Source: Heterodontus francisci (lineage: Eukaryota). Taken from it: a DNA stretch of 64,000 nucleotides. A model generated the notes under the pieces. That model was not told the DNA's origin, did not search any database, and saw only the letters and a program-made list of their open reading frames with translations. The translations under genes were made by a program, and so were the position numbers. Location of the stretch: positions 60,540,712-60,604,711 of the forward strand of contig NC_090380.1 of assembly GCF_036365525.1 (NCBI RefSeq). The letters run 5' to 3'. The stretch's first letter is position 1. The number at the start of each line of letters is the position of its first letter. Positions 11,657 through 24,223 of this stretch are shown here, in pieces.

Positions 11657-12420
11657 TGTTGGATCTCAATTTTCCTGTTCTCATTGGTTACACCAAAAAG
11701 AGACGAAGTCCGACTGTAGCTTTAAGAAACTTTAATTGCAGTACTTAATTGTTACATCTTCAGAAAACTTAACAATGAACTGAACTAAAACTAAAGGCAA
11801 CACATACACTGAACTAACCTAAAACTAAAAGCACCACACACACTAAACTAACCCTGAACTAACCACCACCACCCACCCCCCCACGAAACTGAACTGAACT
11901 GACTCTTCGTGCCAAATCAAGCCTTATTATAGTTATTCATACAAATCAGTAACACCTACTCTTTGTTCCCAATTGGTCTACAAACTTCTGCAGTTTCTTG
12001 GTGTCGGGGTCTGATTGGGGTACTGCCTTGTCATCCTCTCCTCAAGCAGTTTCTTATTCCCCTATCTCTTCGGCCCTTTAGGCTGAGCCACCCTCGGACA
12101 AGGGGCGTGGGTTTGCCTGGTCAGTATGTTTCTCACACTAACTGTTCCTTAGGAATGTGTCATGTCTGCGATAAGAAGAGTGTTGTTGAAGCATAATGTC
12201 TCTTTCTGCTATTGCGCTGTACCAGCTGCAAGGCCAATGGTGAGATTCCTGTTAGTTTCTGCTTGTTAGTCTGTTTCTGCTGATAAGTTGCCTCTGCAGC
12301 CCTGAAGTTATGAAGTCGTTACTGATAAGCTGTCTCTGCAGCTTTGAAGCTAGCTTGTTAGCAATACATGATTGATTAATTATTTCATCTTAAATGTCCC
12401 CATAAAATTCTGTTCTCACA
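11657..12420 (-). repeat. 5' LTR of provirus
   Basis: Near-identical direct repeat of 2423-3197, TG...CA termini, adjacent to the PBS. Confidence 0.95.
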
Positions 12421-13170
12421 CCCTTCTTCCCACACCACACGTTTCGCGTTTCGTTTTCCAATCTGCTTGACCCTGTGCCAATTTGCGCATGGCTCAAGTA
12501 ACAATCCGGAAATGATTATCTTTGATGTTCTGCGTTTTAGATAAACCCTAACTCTTCAAATTCTCAAAGCAGAACATAATTTCTGGTTCTACCTATGTCA
12601 TTGTTTCCCACATGGACCACGATAACTGATCCACCCCTCCCACTCCAGGTTCCTCTCCAGCCACGGGGAGATGTCCTTAACCTTGGCACCAGGCAGGCAA
12701 CACAGCCATCGGAGCTCCTGTTCGAGGCTACAGAGAACAGTATCTATCCCCTTGACTCCACTGTCTCCTATTACTACCAAATTCCTCCTCTCTCCCCCCA
12801 CTGGAATGGCATCATTCACCATGGTGCCATGGTCAGTCTGCTCATTTATCTTGCAGTCCTTCTCTTCACCCATACAGGTAGCAAGGACCTTGTACTTGTT
12901 GGACAAGGTGAGGGGCTGAGGCTCCTCCATCATTACATGTTGATTCCCCCTACCTGCCTCACATGTAGTCACACCCTCCTATCGCTGACCATTGGCCATC
13001 TCGAATGTTCTCTCTACTCTAAGGGGTGTGACTGCCTCCTGGAACAAAGTATCCAGGTAACTCTCCCCCTCCCTAATGCTCCACAATGTCTGCAACTCAG
13101 TCTCCAACTCAGCAATTCTGAGCTGATGTCGTGCAAGCTGCAGACACTAACTGTAGACATTGTTGACCAG
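12421..13170 (-). mobile_element. Continuation of the CR1 LINE: ORF1 (SGNH esterase) region
   Basis: ORF 12598-12972 has LTLSNKYKVL, VVIGDS and CCLPGAKVKDI, typical of CR1 ORF1. Confidence 0.85.
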
Positions 13171-13860
13171 GATTGCAATGCAGTCAATTAATTAATAATC
13201 ACACAGCTCAAGTAATGGAAAGTTGCACTTGTAGTCAAAGGAAGAAGACTCACCAGCTTCTTGAGGTTAAAAAAGACAGGAAAAGGAGCCCCTCTTTCCC
13301 CCTCTGCACCAAACTCCCACTTGCACCAAATTTCCAACCTCACTCTGTCTCACTCAGGCAGATGTAACCTCTCACTGCGTCCCCTCACTCCAATCCCTTT
13401 GTTTCTAAAAATGGTATAATAATATACCATTTGCTTTCCTAATTACTTACTGTACCTGCATGCTAACTTTCTGTGATTTATTTCTCTAAATATCAGCATT
13501 TCACAGTCTCTCACTATTTAAAAAGTATTCTGCTTTTCTATTTTACCTGATTCTATGATTCTAATGACACAGCACAGAAGGAGGCCATTCAGACTCTCAT
13601 GTCTATGCTGGCTCTTTGATAGAACTACCCACGTTGTCCCACTCTCCTATCTATTGTATATGTTTATTGATAAAACATTAAAGTACTTACATAGGTTTTG
13701 CACGCAATTTAAATTTACTATGTATGCATTTATTTTGGTATTTTGAATATTAAAATGCTAACACTTAACTTAGTTAAACCTAACTGTAATAATTACCTGT
13801 CATACCACTAACTGCTGCTCCAAGGAAAGTCCAATGTTAAATGACAGTACTCTCCTGAGA

Positions 13861-13942
13861 CGCCACCTGCTGGCATTCTAATGGTATATGCTAATGTTAA
13901 ATCACTCTGACCTGTCACAGCTATCATGCCACTAGGTGACAC
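13861..13942. promoter_or_regulatory. Pair of candidate CTCF sites in divergent orientation
   Basis: CGCCACCTGCTGGC (13861-13874, minus-strand match to CCASYAGRKGGCR) and GCCACTAGGTGACAC (13928-13942, plus strand, one mismatch) in apparently unique sequence. Confidence 0.55.
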
Positions 13943-16035
13943 TGTATTACCTTTCCCTCACAAATTACTCAAAACGCTTTCTGTAAAAACATTTCATTCA
14001 CTATTTTTATCTTGGCAACTGAAATTTTGAACACCCAAAATAAAGTTTTAAACAAAATAACAAATTGAAAAGGATACAAATTTCACAATAACTTGATAAC
14101 ATTCATCTAATAAGTTATATTTTTGCTGTTTAATGCCTTTGAAGTTTTCATTTGAAGGCATCAGCCTCGCTCAAAAATTAAGGCTTGGATTTCATAGTTT
14201 TGTTCATTGCTGTGGTTCAGTTACCTGAAGGTAGATTGTGCAGTCAAAATGTAATGTATTCACTATTCCAGTTTGCATCAGGGCAATTTCATCAGCTGAA
14301 CTGAAGGGAAACTTTTTTTCAGCTTCTGCAGATAGTCTTCCAAACCTTGCATGTGAAAAAAGTGTAGTAATTTGAAGAAAAATACAATGATAAGCAATGT
14401 GGATGACTGTCAATTACCTTACATTGCTATATATGGGCATGCATATCAATTGTTTTTCATAGCCCCAAATGGATTTCCAAAAGGATTGATGATATTGGAC
14501 TTGTTTTCTGAAGTTTCACTAACCCATGTTGTTAATTCAAGTATAACCACAAACCTGCTGGAAGCAGAATACAAAAGAGAGCTTTTGAGAATATTTGAGA
14601 AGTATTATAATAGATTCAGGTATGCAAAGTTGTAGTTAAGGCTCAGGCTACTCAAGCAACGGTTCCACTGTTTTGACCACTTGATGGGAGGGGGTGGGGG
14701 GGGGGGGTTGCTGCTACATACACGCCAGAGCGGGTTGCAAAGCTTGTGGTGATCTCCTGTATCTTCCATATATTGCCATCATGAAGGTACAGTCACTGTC
14801 TCCAAGAGTCTGGAGGTCATCTTGGGAGCAGGAGGTGGAAGAGGAGAAACAAGAGGAGGAAAAGGAGGAGGAGGAAGAGAAGGAGGCAGGGAGGATGCAT
14901 TGTGGACTCCTTTGCTGTGGATGAGCTGGCAGAGAGCAGATTCCCAGACTCCATTTTCAATAAAATTTCTACCCCTAACTGTACTGTATTGAGAATTGCT
15001 TTGTGCATTCTGTCCACTTAAGGCTAGCATACACACACATACCAACAGAGGGAGTCAGGAATAATACTAAAAGGAATCCATCTTTTAAAAGCACATGCAG
15101 CACTTCTGTCTCTTTCTAACTCTGGCCAAATCTTCCTGTTTAGTCCCAAGTACATCATAATGGCAACGAGGATCGTGAAAAATAGGAAACATTGCTTTCA
15201 GGTATGAAGCTTTTGGAAAGTGTCTATCTACTTTCTGCAGATGACATTTTAAGTTGGAGATTTAGGAAACACATTGAGGCTGTGTTAGACACACATAGCA
15301 CGAGATTGGCAACAGGAAAGCTTGCACAAATAGAATAATCTCGGATTATTACAAAGAAGCTTTTCTTTGAAAGGAACATGATCCCGGATCCTTGACCACG
15401 CATTCGCACTGCATTGCTGGTAAATATGGCTGTCATGCATACAAGAAGTGCGATGATGAGAAATTACAGACTAAAACTGAAGTTAAAGTTAGTTAAAGTT
15501 TATCTACAGAGCAAGTTGGTCACTGGTATAGTGATGGTGGGGATCATTCCAAGCTTATCAATGCAGGAGTTTGACCTATTGCTGGGCAATGATTTGGCAG
15601 AAAGCACATCATTGTACCCAGAAGGTCCAGAACAGTCCACAGAGGCAGGAGAAACTGAGGGTAACAAACAAAACTCTGTACAGCTGCAGAGGGCTGAAAA
15701 AAATCCCAATCCTCCCATGGAGGCGATATGACCAGTAAAGATTAAAAAGGCTAAAAGAAAGCCAATGGAATTTAAAATGGCCAAGATAGAGCAGCAGAAT
15801 TTAAAGGAGCTGAGATAAAAGCAGCAAAGGTTAAAGGAAAAGCACCAGGGATACAGTTAGCTAAAACCTTCTTTAAAGATTTTAATAGGGACGAGGAAAG
15901 TTCCCAAAAAGGAAAGCCAAGAGTGTAGGAGATGCCTCACCCAGTTGAAGTGCCACAGGTCATTCAAGCAGTAGTGTCCCAGAAGACATGGGATAGATTG
16001 GGGAAAATCCGTCCATGAAGTAAAAGGAAAAGGAA

Positions 16036-16399
16036 GTTTTAGTTTTAGTTTTTAGTTTTAGAGATACAGCACTGAAACAGGCCCTTTGGCCCACCGAGTC
16101 TGTGCCGACCATCAACCACCCATTTATACTAATCCTACACCAGTTCCACATTCCTACCACATCCCCACCTGTCCCTATATATTTCCCTACCACCTACCTA
16201 TACTAGGGGCAATTTATAATGTCCAATTAACCTATCAACCAGCAAGTCTTTGGCATGTGGGAGGAAACCGGAGCACCCGGAGGAAACCCATGCAGACACA
16301 GGGAGAAATTGCAAACTCCACACAGGCAGTACCCAGAATTGAACCCGGGTCGCTGGAGCTGTGAGGCTGCGGTGCTAACCACTGCGCCACTGTGCCACC
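16036..16399 (-). mobile_element. HE1-type tRNA-derived V-SINE
   Basis: Minus strand has A box (GGCGCAGTGG), B box (GGTTCAATTC), V-domain (TGGGTTTCCTCCGGGTGCTCCGGTTTCCTCCCAC), HER1-like 3' end and (TAAAAC)n tail. Confidence 0.9.
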
Positions 16400-17660
16400 C
16401 CTAAAATACCCTAAAGTAAACAACATCTGTGAAAATCACAAGAAAACTCCAAGTAAGGTCAGTGTGCCTCTACCCATTGAAGAATCAAATGATGAGGTTC
16501 CAAATCCAAAACTAACCAAACCCAACAATTTAGATTCAGAACTCAGCAAGAATAAGGAGCAGGAGGAAATCCCAGATGCCTCACAGGGGCTAAAAAAACA
16601 ATTTATTATCCACAATCACTCTCGTGATAAGAATTATCAATGTGCCAGAACCTGAACTATTAAACTATGTTGTGGAAACAGCAGTCAAGGGGTTAAATCT
16701 TGTCCAAGCAGTGGGAGTTAGAAGAAACCCAGAACAATGCCGTAACAGAAAGTTGCATACTGCAACCTTCACCAACAATCACATGTTTATTGAGATTATT
16801 ATTCCCAAAGTACTACAAACTGATGCTAGAGAAACTCCAACCCCATTTGACAACATACAATAAAAAGAAATGCAATTATTTTTTAAATAGTACCTCATCC
16901 AAAAAAATGATAATGAAAAGGCTTCAACTTGAACCAGACTGGCTGTTACAGACAATGCCAGCTGTTGTAGTTGTAAGACTGAGGTATGGGTGCCATGTAT
17001 GCAACAGTGTGACCCCTAAACCTTCTTACTTTTTCCTTTCTTTCTTTCTAAACACAAACGCCAAATAACATTAAAAAAAATGAAATCTAAGGAATTTCTT
17101 TCCTTTTCCTTTTGGGGGAGGTGTCATGTGTACAAGAAGTGTGATGATGAAACATTACAGACTAAAACTGAAGAGTTATAAAAACTGATTTTATCTTTTT
17201 TTTTAAATGGGCAATGCTGCTAAAAATGGCCACTGAAGGTAAATGACCCAGCCTCGTTGAAGTGACACAGGGGAATGGAGTAGAGTCTGCACACAGATAC
17301 CTGCAGGCAGGAGTTTCCCAGCGAACAAAGGGGAGATTCACAAAGAATCCTCCCCCACAGTCAGAGGAAAAGGGAAGCACCCATCCCCTGAAGTCAAAAG
17401 CCTTTGCATAACTCAGCAAAGCACTGAAAGAGAGTTCAGGATAGATCTGCCCACGACTGACCCTCTTAAAAAAAAAAGTCAAACTTAGAGCTAATTAAAT
17501 CTAATATTCCCTTTGGCAGACCTCAACAGGAACAAAAAGCCTAGGCAGTCATGGCAATGGGTAAATTGAAGAAAAACTTCCCTAAAGAACCACATGGTTA
17601 CTGGGGTGCCAAAAAGGGGAAAGCTAAAGCAGCACTGGCACCCAGAAAAGACAGTATTAA

Positions 17661-18221
17661 TTTTTTTTCCCCAAAATATGCTTTATACATAAAAATCTGT
17701 AAAAATTACATTACCAGTTTCAAACAGCACCAAGTCAAAAAATACAAACAGTGCAAAGGAGGTCCGTTTGCTTCATTACAATCATGAGTTGCTTCACAAC
17801 CCTTCCATTTCACATTTGTCATGCCAATTACATTTTTACATTTTACAGCAAATGAAAATTTTCCCGATACAGTTCGAGGGGTTTCCCATGGATCCAGCCC
17901 CTCAGTTCAGCTTGGTGGGGGGACCTTACACTGTGGTCTTTCCCCATTGAGCCTTTGCTGCGGCTGCCCCAAGCTTTAGTGCGTCCCTCAGCACGTAGTC
18001 CTGGACCTTGGAATGTGCCAGTCTGCAACATTTGGTCATGGATAACTCTTTGCGCTGGAAGACCAGCAAGTTTCAGGCAGACCAAAGGGCGTCTTTCACC
18101 GACTTGATAGTCCTCCAGCAGCAGTTGATGTTTGTCTCGGTGTGCGTCCCTGGGAACAGCCCGTAGAGCACAGACTCCTGTGTTACAGAGCTACTTGGGA
18201 TGAACCTCGACAAAAACCACT
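17661..18221 (-). mobile_element. Tx1-clade LINE 3' fragment
   Basis: Reverse copy of 23585-24223; A-tail; TSD GACAGTATTAA at 17650 and 18222. Confidence 0.85.
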
Positions 18222-18370
18222 GACAGTATTAATAAGCTTTAGGATTTATGAATGAATGGGAATGAATGAGAGAAATGCGTGGCTTTCTGTATCTTATATA
18301 TTTTTTCTCAACTCTTTTAATGAAAGGCGCCTTTTTTTCAAATTGCATTTAATTCCCCTGGGTATGGAGG

Positions 18371-19203
18371 TGTCATGCAGGCCCCCACCTGCCAAGAATG
18401 AGGCATATTAATTTCATCACATGGACTTTAATTGTTGCTGGGAAGAAGAGAAGGCCGGATACAAAGGGTTGCCAAGCCCCTGGCTGGAAAGACATTTTTG
18501 CATATTAACTGATAGTGTTTGTAGACAAAGAACCATTCCCAGGCCCACGCAATACACAAAGCCAGAAGTGGCTATACCAGTCACATGGCTACCTTGCTGG
18601 CCAACTTATGGAGTTTTTAATTGTAGAGACAGTGTTTGAACTGACAAAAAGCAGAATGCTCCTGGACTGAAGAAGACCTCCTGTCTTCTCCCATCTCTTT
18701 CTCACGTAACTGAAACAGACTGAAGACACATGAACCCCAAGGGAGAAAAATCTCCTACAGTGAACAAGATTTAAGAGGAATACTGAACCCCAATGAAAAG
18801 CAAGAACTATCTACAATCAAGGACTATACAGTGAGCTCAAAGACCCGTAAGCAAAAACTCTTCAGATATTGCCTCAAACGTTTATACTTTATGATTTCTT
18901 CTGCTATTTTCTGTCTCCATTTGCATGTGTGTATCGCATATGCACGCTAGCATGGGCGCGTCGTGTATCAGTAGGCATCAACTGAATTAGAGTTTATGTT
19001 TAAGTTTAATAAAATTTCACCTTTCTTCTTTCTAAGAAAGCCTGTTTGTGCTGGTTTCTTTGCCTTATAATTGGAAAGCGGTGAACAAGGATTGACCAAG
19101 GGGGAGCTAAAAATAGTGCGTTTATAAAATTAAACACTGCTACAGTAAGAACAAGTGAAGGCTGAAAGGGAACCCCAGACCTCTATCTCACCTGGTCGTA
19201 ACA
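18371..19203 (+). repeat. Gypsy-type LTR (~830 bp)
   Basis: TGTCATG...GTAACA termini, AATAAA at ~19007, related inverted copy at 22034-22879. Confidence 0.85.
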
Positions 19204-21368
19204 CATTCCTTGAAATCTCGCCTTCACATTGAGGATACCCTCCTTCGTGTTGTGTGGCACGAACACTTTGCTAAATGGGATAGATTTCGAACAGATCTAG
19301 CAATGCAAAACTGGGCATCCATGAGGCGCTGTGGGCCATCAGCAGCAGCAGAATTGTACTCAACCACAATCTGTAACCTCATGGCCGGCATATCCCACAC
19401 TCTACCATTACCATCAAGCCAGGAGACCTACCCTGGTTCAATGAAGAGTGCAGGAGGGCATGCCAGGAGCAGCACCAGGCATACCTCAAAATGATGTGTC
19501 AACCTGGTGAAGCTATCTGCGTGCCAAACTGCATAAGCAGCATGCAATAGACAGAGCTAAACGATCCCATAGCCAACGGATCAGATCTAAGCTCGGCAGT
19601 CCTGCCACATCCAGTCGTGAATGGTGGTGGACAATTAAACAACTAACTGGAGGAGGTAGCTCCACAAATATTCCCATCCTTGATGATGGGGGAGCCCAGC
19701 ACATCAATGCAAAAGATAAGGCTGAAGCATTTGCAACAATCTTCAGCCAGAAGTGCCAAGTTGATGATCCATCTCGGCCTCCTCCTGAAGTTCCCAGCAT
19801 CACAGATGCCAGACTTCAGTCAATTCAATTCACTCTGCGTGATATCAAGAAAGGACTGAAGGCACAGGATACTGCAAAGGCTATGGGCCCTGACAATATT
19901 CCGGCAATAGTACTGAAGACCTGTGCTCCAGAACTTGCCGTGCCCCTAGCCAAGCTGTTCCAGAACAGCTACAACACTGGCATCTATCCTGCAATGTGGA
20001 AAATTGCCCAGGTATGTCCTGTACACAAAAAGCAGGACAAGTCCAACCCGGCCAATTACCGCCCCTCATCAGTCAGGTGATGGAAGGTGTCATCAACAGT
20101 GCCATCAAGCAGCACTTACTTAGCAATAACCTGCTCAGTGATGCTCAGTTTGGGTTCCGCCAGGGCCACTCAGCTCCTGACCTCATTACAGCCTTGGTTC
20201 AAACATGGACAAAATAGCTGAACTCAAGAGATGAGTTGAGACTGACTGCCCTTGGCATCAAGGCAGCATTTGACCAAGTATGGCATCAAGGAGCCCCAGC
20301 AAAACTGAGGTCATTGGGAATCAGGTGGAAAACCCTCCGCTGGTTGGAGTCATACCTAGTGCAAAGGAAGATGGTTGTGGTTGTTGGGGGTCAATCATCT
20401 GAGCTCCCTCAGCGTAGTGTCCTAGGCCCAACCATCTTCAGCTGCTTCATCAATGACCTACCTTCAATCATAAGGTCAGAAGTGGGGATGTTCGCTGATG
20501 ATTGCACAATGTTCAGCACCATTCGTGACTCCTCAGATACTGAAGCAGTCCATGTAGAAATGCAGCAAGACCTGGACAACATCCAGGCTTGGGCTGATAA
20601 ATGGCAAGAAACATTCGTGCCACACAAGTGCTAGGCAATGACCATCTCCAACAAGACAGAATCTAACCATCTCCCCTTGACATTCAATGGCATTACCATC
20701 ACTGAATCCCTCACTATCAACATCCTAGGGGCTACCATTGACCAGAAACTGAACTGGAGTAGTCAGATAAATACCATGGCTACAAGAGCAGGTCAGAGGC
20801 TACCTCCTGACTCCCCAAAACCTGTCCACCATCTACAAGGCACAAGTCAGGAGTGTGATGGAATACTCTCCACTTGCCTGGATGGGTGCAGCTCCAACAA
20901 CACTCAAGAAGCTCGACACCATCCAGGACAAAGCAGCCCATTTGATTGGCACCCCATCTACAAACATTCAGTCCCTCCACCACTAATGCACAGTGGCAGC
21001 AGTGTGTACCATCTACAAGATGCACTGCAGCAACGCACCAAGGCTCCTTCGACAGCACCTTCCAAACCCACGACCTCTACCAACTAGAAGGACAAGGGCA
21101 GCAAATGCATGGGAACATCACCACCTGCAAGTTCCCCTCCAAGTCACACACCATCCTGACTTGGAACTATATCGCTGTTCCTTCACTGTCGCTGGGTCAA
21201 AATCCTGGAATTCCCTTCCTAACAGCACTGTGGGTGTACCTACTCCACATGGACTGCAGCGGTTCAAGAAGGCAGCTCACCACCACCTTCTCAAGGGCAA
21301 TTAGGGATGGGCAATAAATACTGGCCTGGCCAGCGATGCCCACATCCCATGAATGAATTAAAAAAAAA
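19204..21368 (+). mobile_element. L2/Crack-like (CR1 group) LINE, 5'-truncated and decayed
   Basis: RT fragments GPDNIP, QFGFRQGHS, AAFDQVWH, SVLGPTIFSCFIND, MFADD; ATGAATGAA plus A-tail. Confidence 0.85.
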
Positions 21369-22033
21369 CATGTTTTCTGCCCTAATATTGTCTAATCCAA
21401 TCCAGTCAATTACCATCTGTCTACTCCTGATCATCAGCATAGAGAGGAAGTGTCATCGACAATGCTATCAAGCAGCACTTACACAGAAATAACCTGCTCA
21501 CCTATGCTCAGTTTGGGTTTCACCAGGGCCATTTGGCTCCAGAGCTCATTACAGCCTTGGTCCAAACAAGGACAAAAGAGCTGAATTCCAGAGGTGTGGT
21601 GAGAGTGACTGCCATTGACATAAAGGCAACATTTGACTGAGCGTGGCATCAAATGCCCTAGTAAAATTGAAGTCAATGGGAATCAAGGAGAAAACTCTCC
21701 ACTGGTTGAAGTCATAACTAGTACAAATGAAGATGGTTGTGGCTGTTGGATGCCAAACATTTAAGCTCCAGGACATCACTGGACGAGTTCCATAGAGTAG
21801 TGTCCTAGGCCCAACCATCTTCAGCTGCTTCATCAATGACCTTCCCTCCATCATAAGGTCAGAAGTGGGGATATTCACTGATGATTGCACAATGTTCAGC
21901 ACCATTCGCAACTCCTCAGATACTGAAACAGTCTATGTCCACATGAGTCAAGACCTAGACAACATTCAGGCTTCGGCCGATATGTGGCCAATAACATTTG
22001 CGCCATGCCACACAAGTGCCAGGCAATGACCAT

Positions 22034-22879
22034 TGTTACGACCAGGTGAGAAATAGGTCTAGGGTTCCCTTTGAGCCTTCACCTGGTCTTACTGCAAAGG
22101 ATTTTATTTTTAAATACACTGTGTTTTTAGCTCTGCCTTGGTGAATCCTTGTTCACCACTTTCCAATTATAAGGCAAAGAAACCACCACACACATAGGTT
22201 TTCTTAGGTTTAAAGAAGAAAGATTGAAATTTATTAAACTTAAACTCTAATTCGGTTGACGCCTATGGATACATGACACTCCCACACTAGCATGCATATG
22301 CGATACACACATGCAAATAAAGACAGAAAAGAGCAGAAGAAAAATAAAGTGTAAAAGTTTGAGGCAATATCTGAAGAGTTTTTTTGTTACAGGTCTTTGA
22401 GCTCACTGTATAGTCCTTGATTGTAGGTAGTTCTTGCTTTTCATTAGGGCCTAGTATTCTTCTTAACCCTTGTTCACTGTAGGAGACTTTTCTCTCTTGG
22501 GGTTCATGTGTCTTCAGTGAGTTTCAGTTCCATGAGAAAGAGATGGAAGCAGACAGGCAGACAGGAGGTCTCCTTCAGTCCAGGAGCATTCTGCTTTCTG
22601 CCAGTTCAAACACTGTCTCTACAATTTAAAACTCTCAGTTCAAACTCTGCAATAGCAAGTTAGTCATGTGACCATGTCTGTTTGTGGATTGAATTGGAGC
22701 AGGAGTAGCTCCTTTGTCTACAAGCACTGTCTGTTAATATGCAAAAATGTCTTTCCAGCCAGGGGCCTGGCAACCCCTTGTAACAAGCCTTCTCTTCTTC
22801 CCAGCAACAATTTGAAATTTAATGTCCATGTGGCAAAATTGATGTGCCTCATTCTTGGCAGGTGGGGGCCTGCATGACA
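22034..22879 (-). mobile_element. Solo LTR with 4-bp TSD
   Basis: Reverse complement of the 18371-19203 family; CCAT at 22030-22033 and 22880-22883. Confidence 0.9.
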
Positions 22880-23584
22880 CCATCTCCAACAAGATAGAAT
22901 CTAACCATTTCCCCTTGACATTCAATAGCATTACCACTGCTGAGTCCCCCACCATCAAAATCCTGGGGATTACCATTGACCGGAAACTTAACTGGACCAG
23001 TCATATAAATACAGTGGCTGGGAATTCTGCAGCGAATAACTCATTTCCCGTCTCCCCAATGCCTGTCCACCATCTACAAGGCACAAGTCAGGAGTGTGAT
23101 GGAACACTCTCCACTTGCCTGGTTGGGTGCCGTTCCAACAAAACTCAAGAAGCTTGACATCATCCAGGACAAAGCAGCCCGCTTGATTGGCACCCCATCC
23201 ACTACTTTAATGATTGACTCCCTCCACCACTTCCTCTACCACAACCATACAGTGGCAGCAATGTGTATCACCTAGAAGATGCACTGCAGCAACTTGCCAA
23301 GCCTCCTTCGACAGCACCTTCCAAACCCATGATCTGTACTGCCTAGAAGGACAAGGGCAGCAGGGGCATGAGAACACCACCACCTGCAAGTTCCCCTCCA
23401 GGTCACACATATCCTGACTTGAGTCTGTATCGCTGTTCCTTCACTGCTGCTGGGTCAAAATCCTGGAACTTCCTTCCCAACAGCACTGTGGGGTGTACCT
23501 GCACAGATGGACTGCAACAGTTCACGAAGGCAGATTACCACCACTTTCTCACAGGCAATTCAGGGTGGGCAACAAATGTTGGCC

Positions 23585-24223
23585 TTGTGGTGGCTGCGGT
23601 GGGGAAGAGACGGTTGCCCACCTCCTCCTGGAATGTGTCTTTGCAAAGCAGGTGTGGAAAGAGATGCAGTGGTTTTTGTCGAGGTTCATCCCAAGCAGGT
23701 TGGTAACACAGGAGTCTGTGCTCTACGGGCTGTTTCCAGGGACGCACACCGAGACAAACATCAACTGCTGCTGGTGGACTATCAACTCGGTGAAAGATGC
23801 CCTTTGGTCTGCCCGAAACTTGCTGGTCTTCCAGCGCAAAGAGTTGTCCCCCACCAAATGTTGCAGACTGGCACATTCCAAAGTCCAGGACTACGTGCTG
23901 AGGGACGCACTAAAGCTTGGGGCAGCTGCAGCAAAGGCTCAATGGGGAAAGACCACAGTGTAAGGTCCCCCCACCAAGCTGAACTGAGGGGCTGGATCCA
24001 TGGGAAACCCCTCGAACTGTATCGGGAAAATTTTCATTTGCTGTAAAATGTAAAAATGTAATTGGCATGACAAATGTGAAATGGAAGGGTTGTGAGGCAA
24101 CTCATGATTGTAATGAAGCAAACGGACCTCCTTTGCACTGTTTGTATTTTTTGACTTGGTGCAGTTTGAAACTGGTAATATAAGTTTTACAGATTTTTAT
24201 GAATAAACTATATTTTGAAAAAA
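23585..24223 (+). mobile_element. Tx1-clade LINE 3' fragment
   Basis: zf-RVT-like motif CGGCGGEETVAHLLLEC, 3' UTR with AATAAA and A-tail, TSD AAATGTTGGCC. Confidence 0.85.

Larger units (their letters stand above)
2423..12420 (-). mobile_element. Defective endogenous retrovirus / env-bearing LTR element (lokiretrovirus-like)
   Basis: Paired TG...CA LTRs, tRNA-Ser PBS, PPT, leader splice donor, RT and integrase fragments, decayed env. Confidence 0.92.
15431..18370 (+). mobile_element. Degenerate internal region of a Gypsy (Gmr1-like) LTR element
   Basis: VYLQSKLVTGIVMVGIIPSL...FDLLLGNDLA resembles the Gmr1-type protease C-terminus; purine tract before the LTR at 18371. Confidence 0.55.

Noticed and set aside
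14694-15045. Glu-rich and Leu/Pro-rich ORFs
   Set aside because: Produced by a (GAG/GAA)n simple repeat; no other coding evidence
16310-16399. tRNA gene
   Set aside because: It is the tRNA-derived head of an HE1-type SINE, continuous with the V-domain and LINE-like tail
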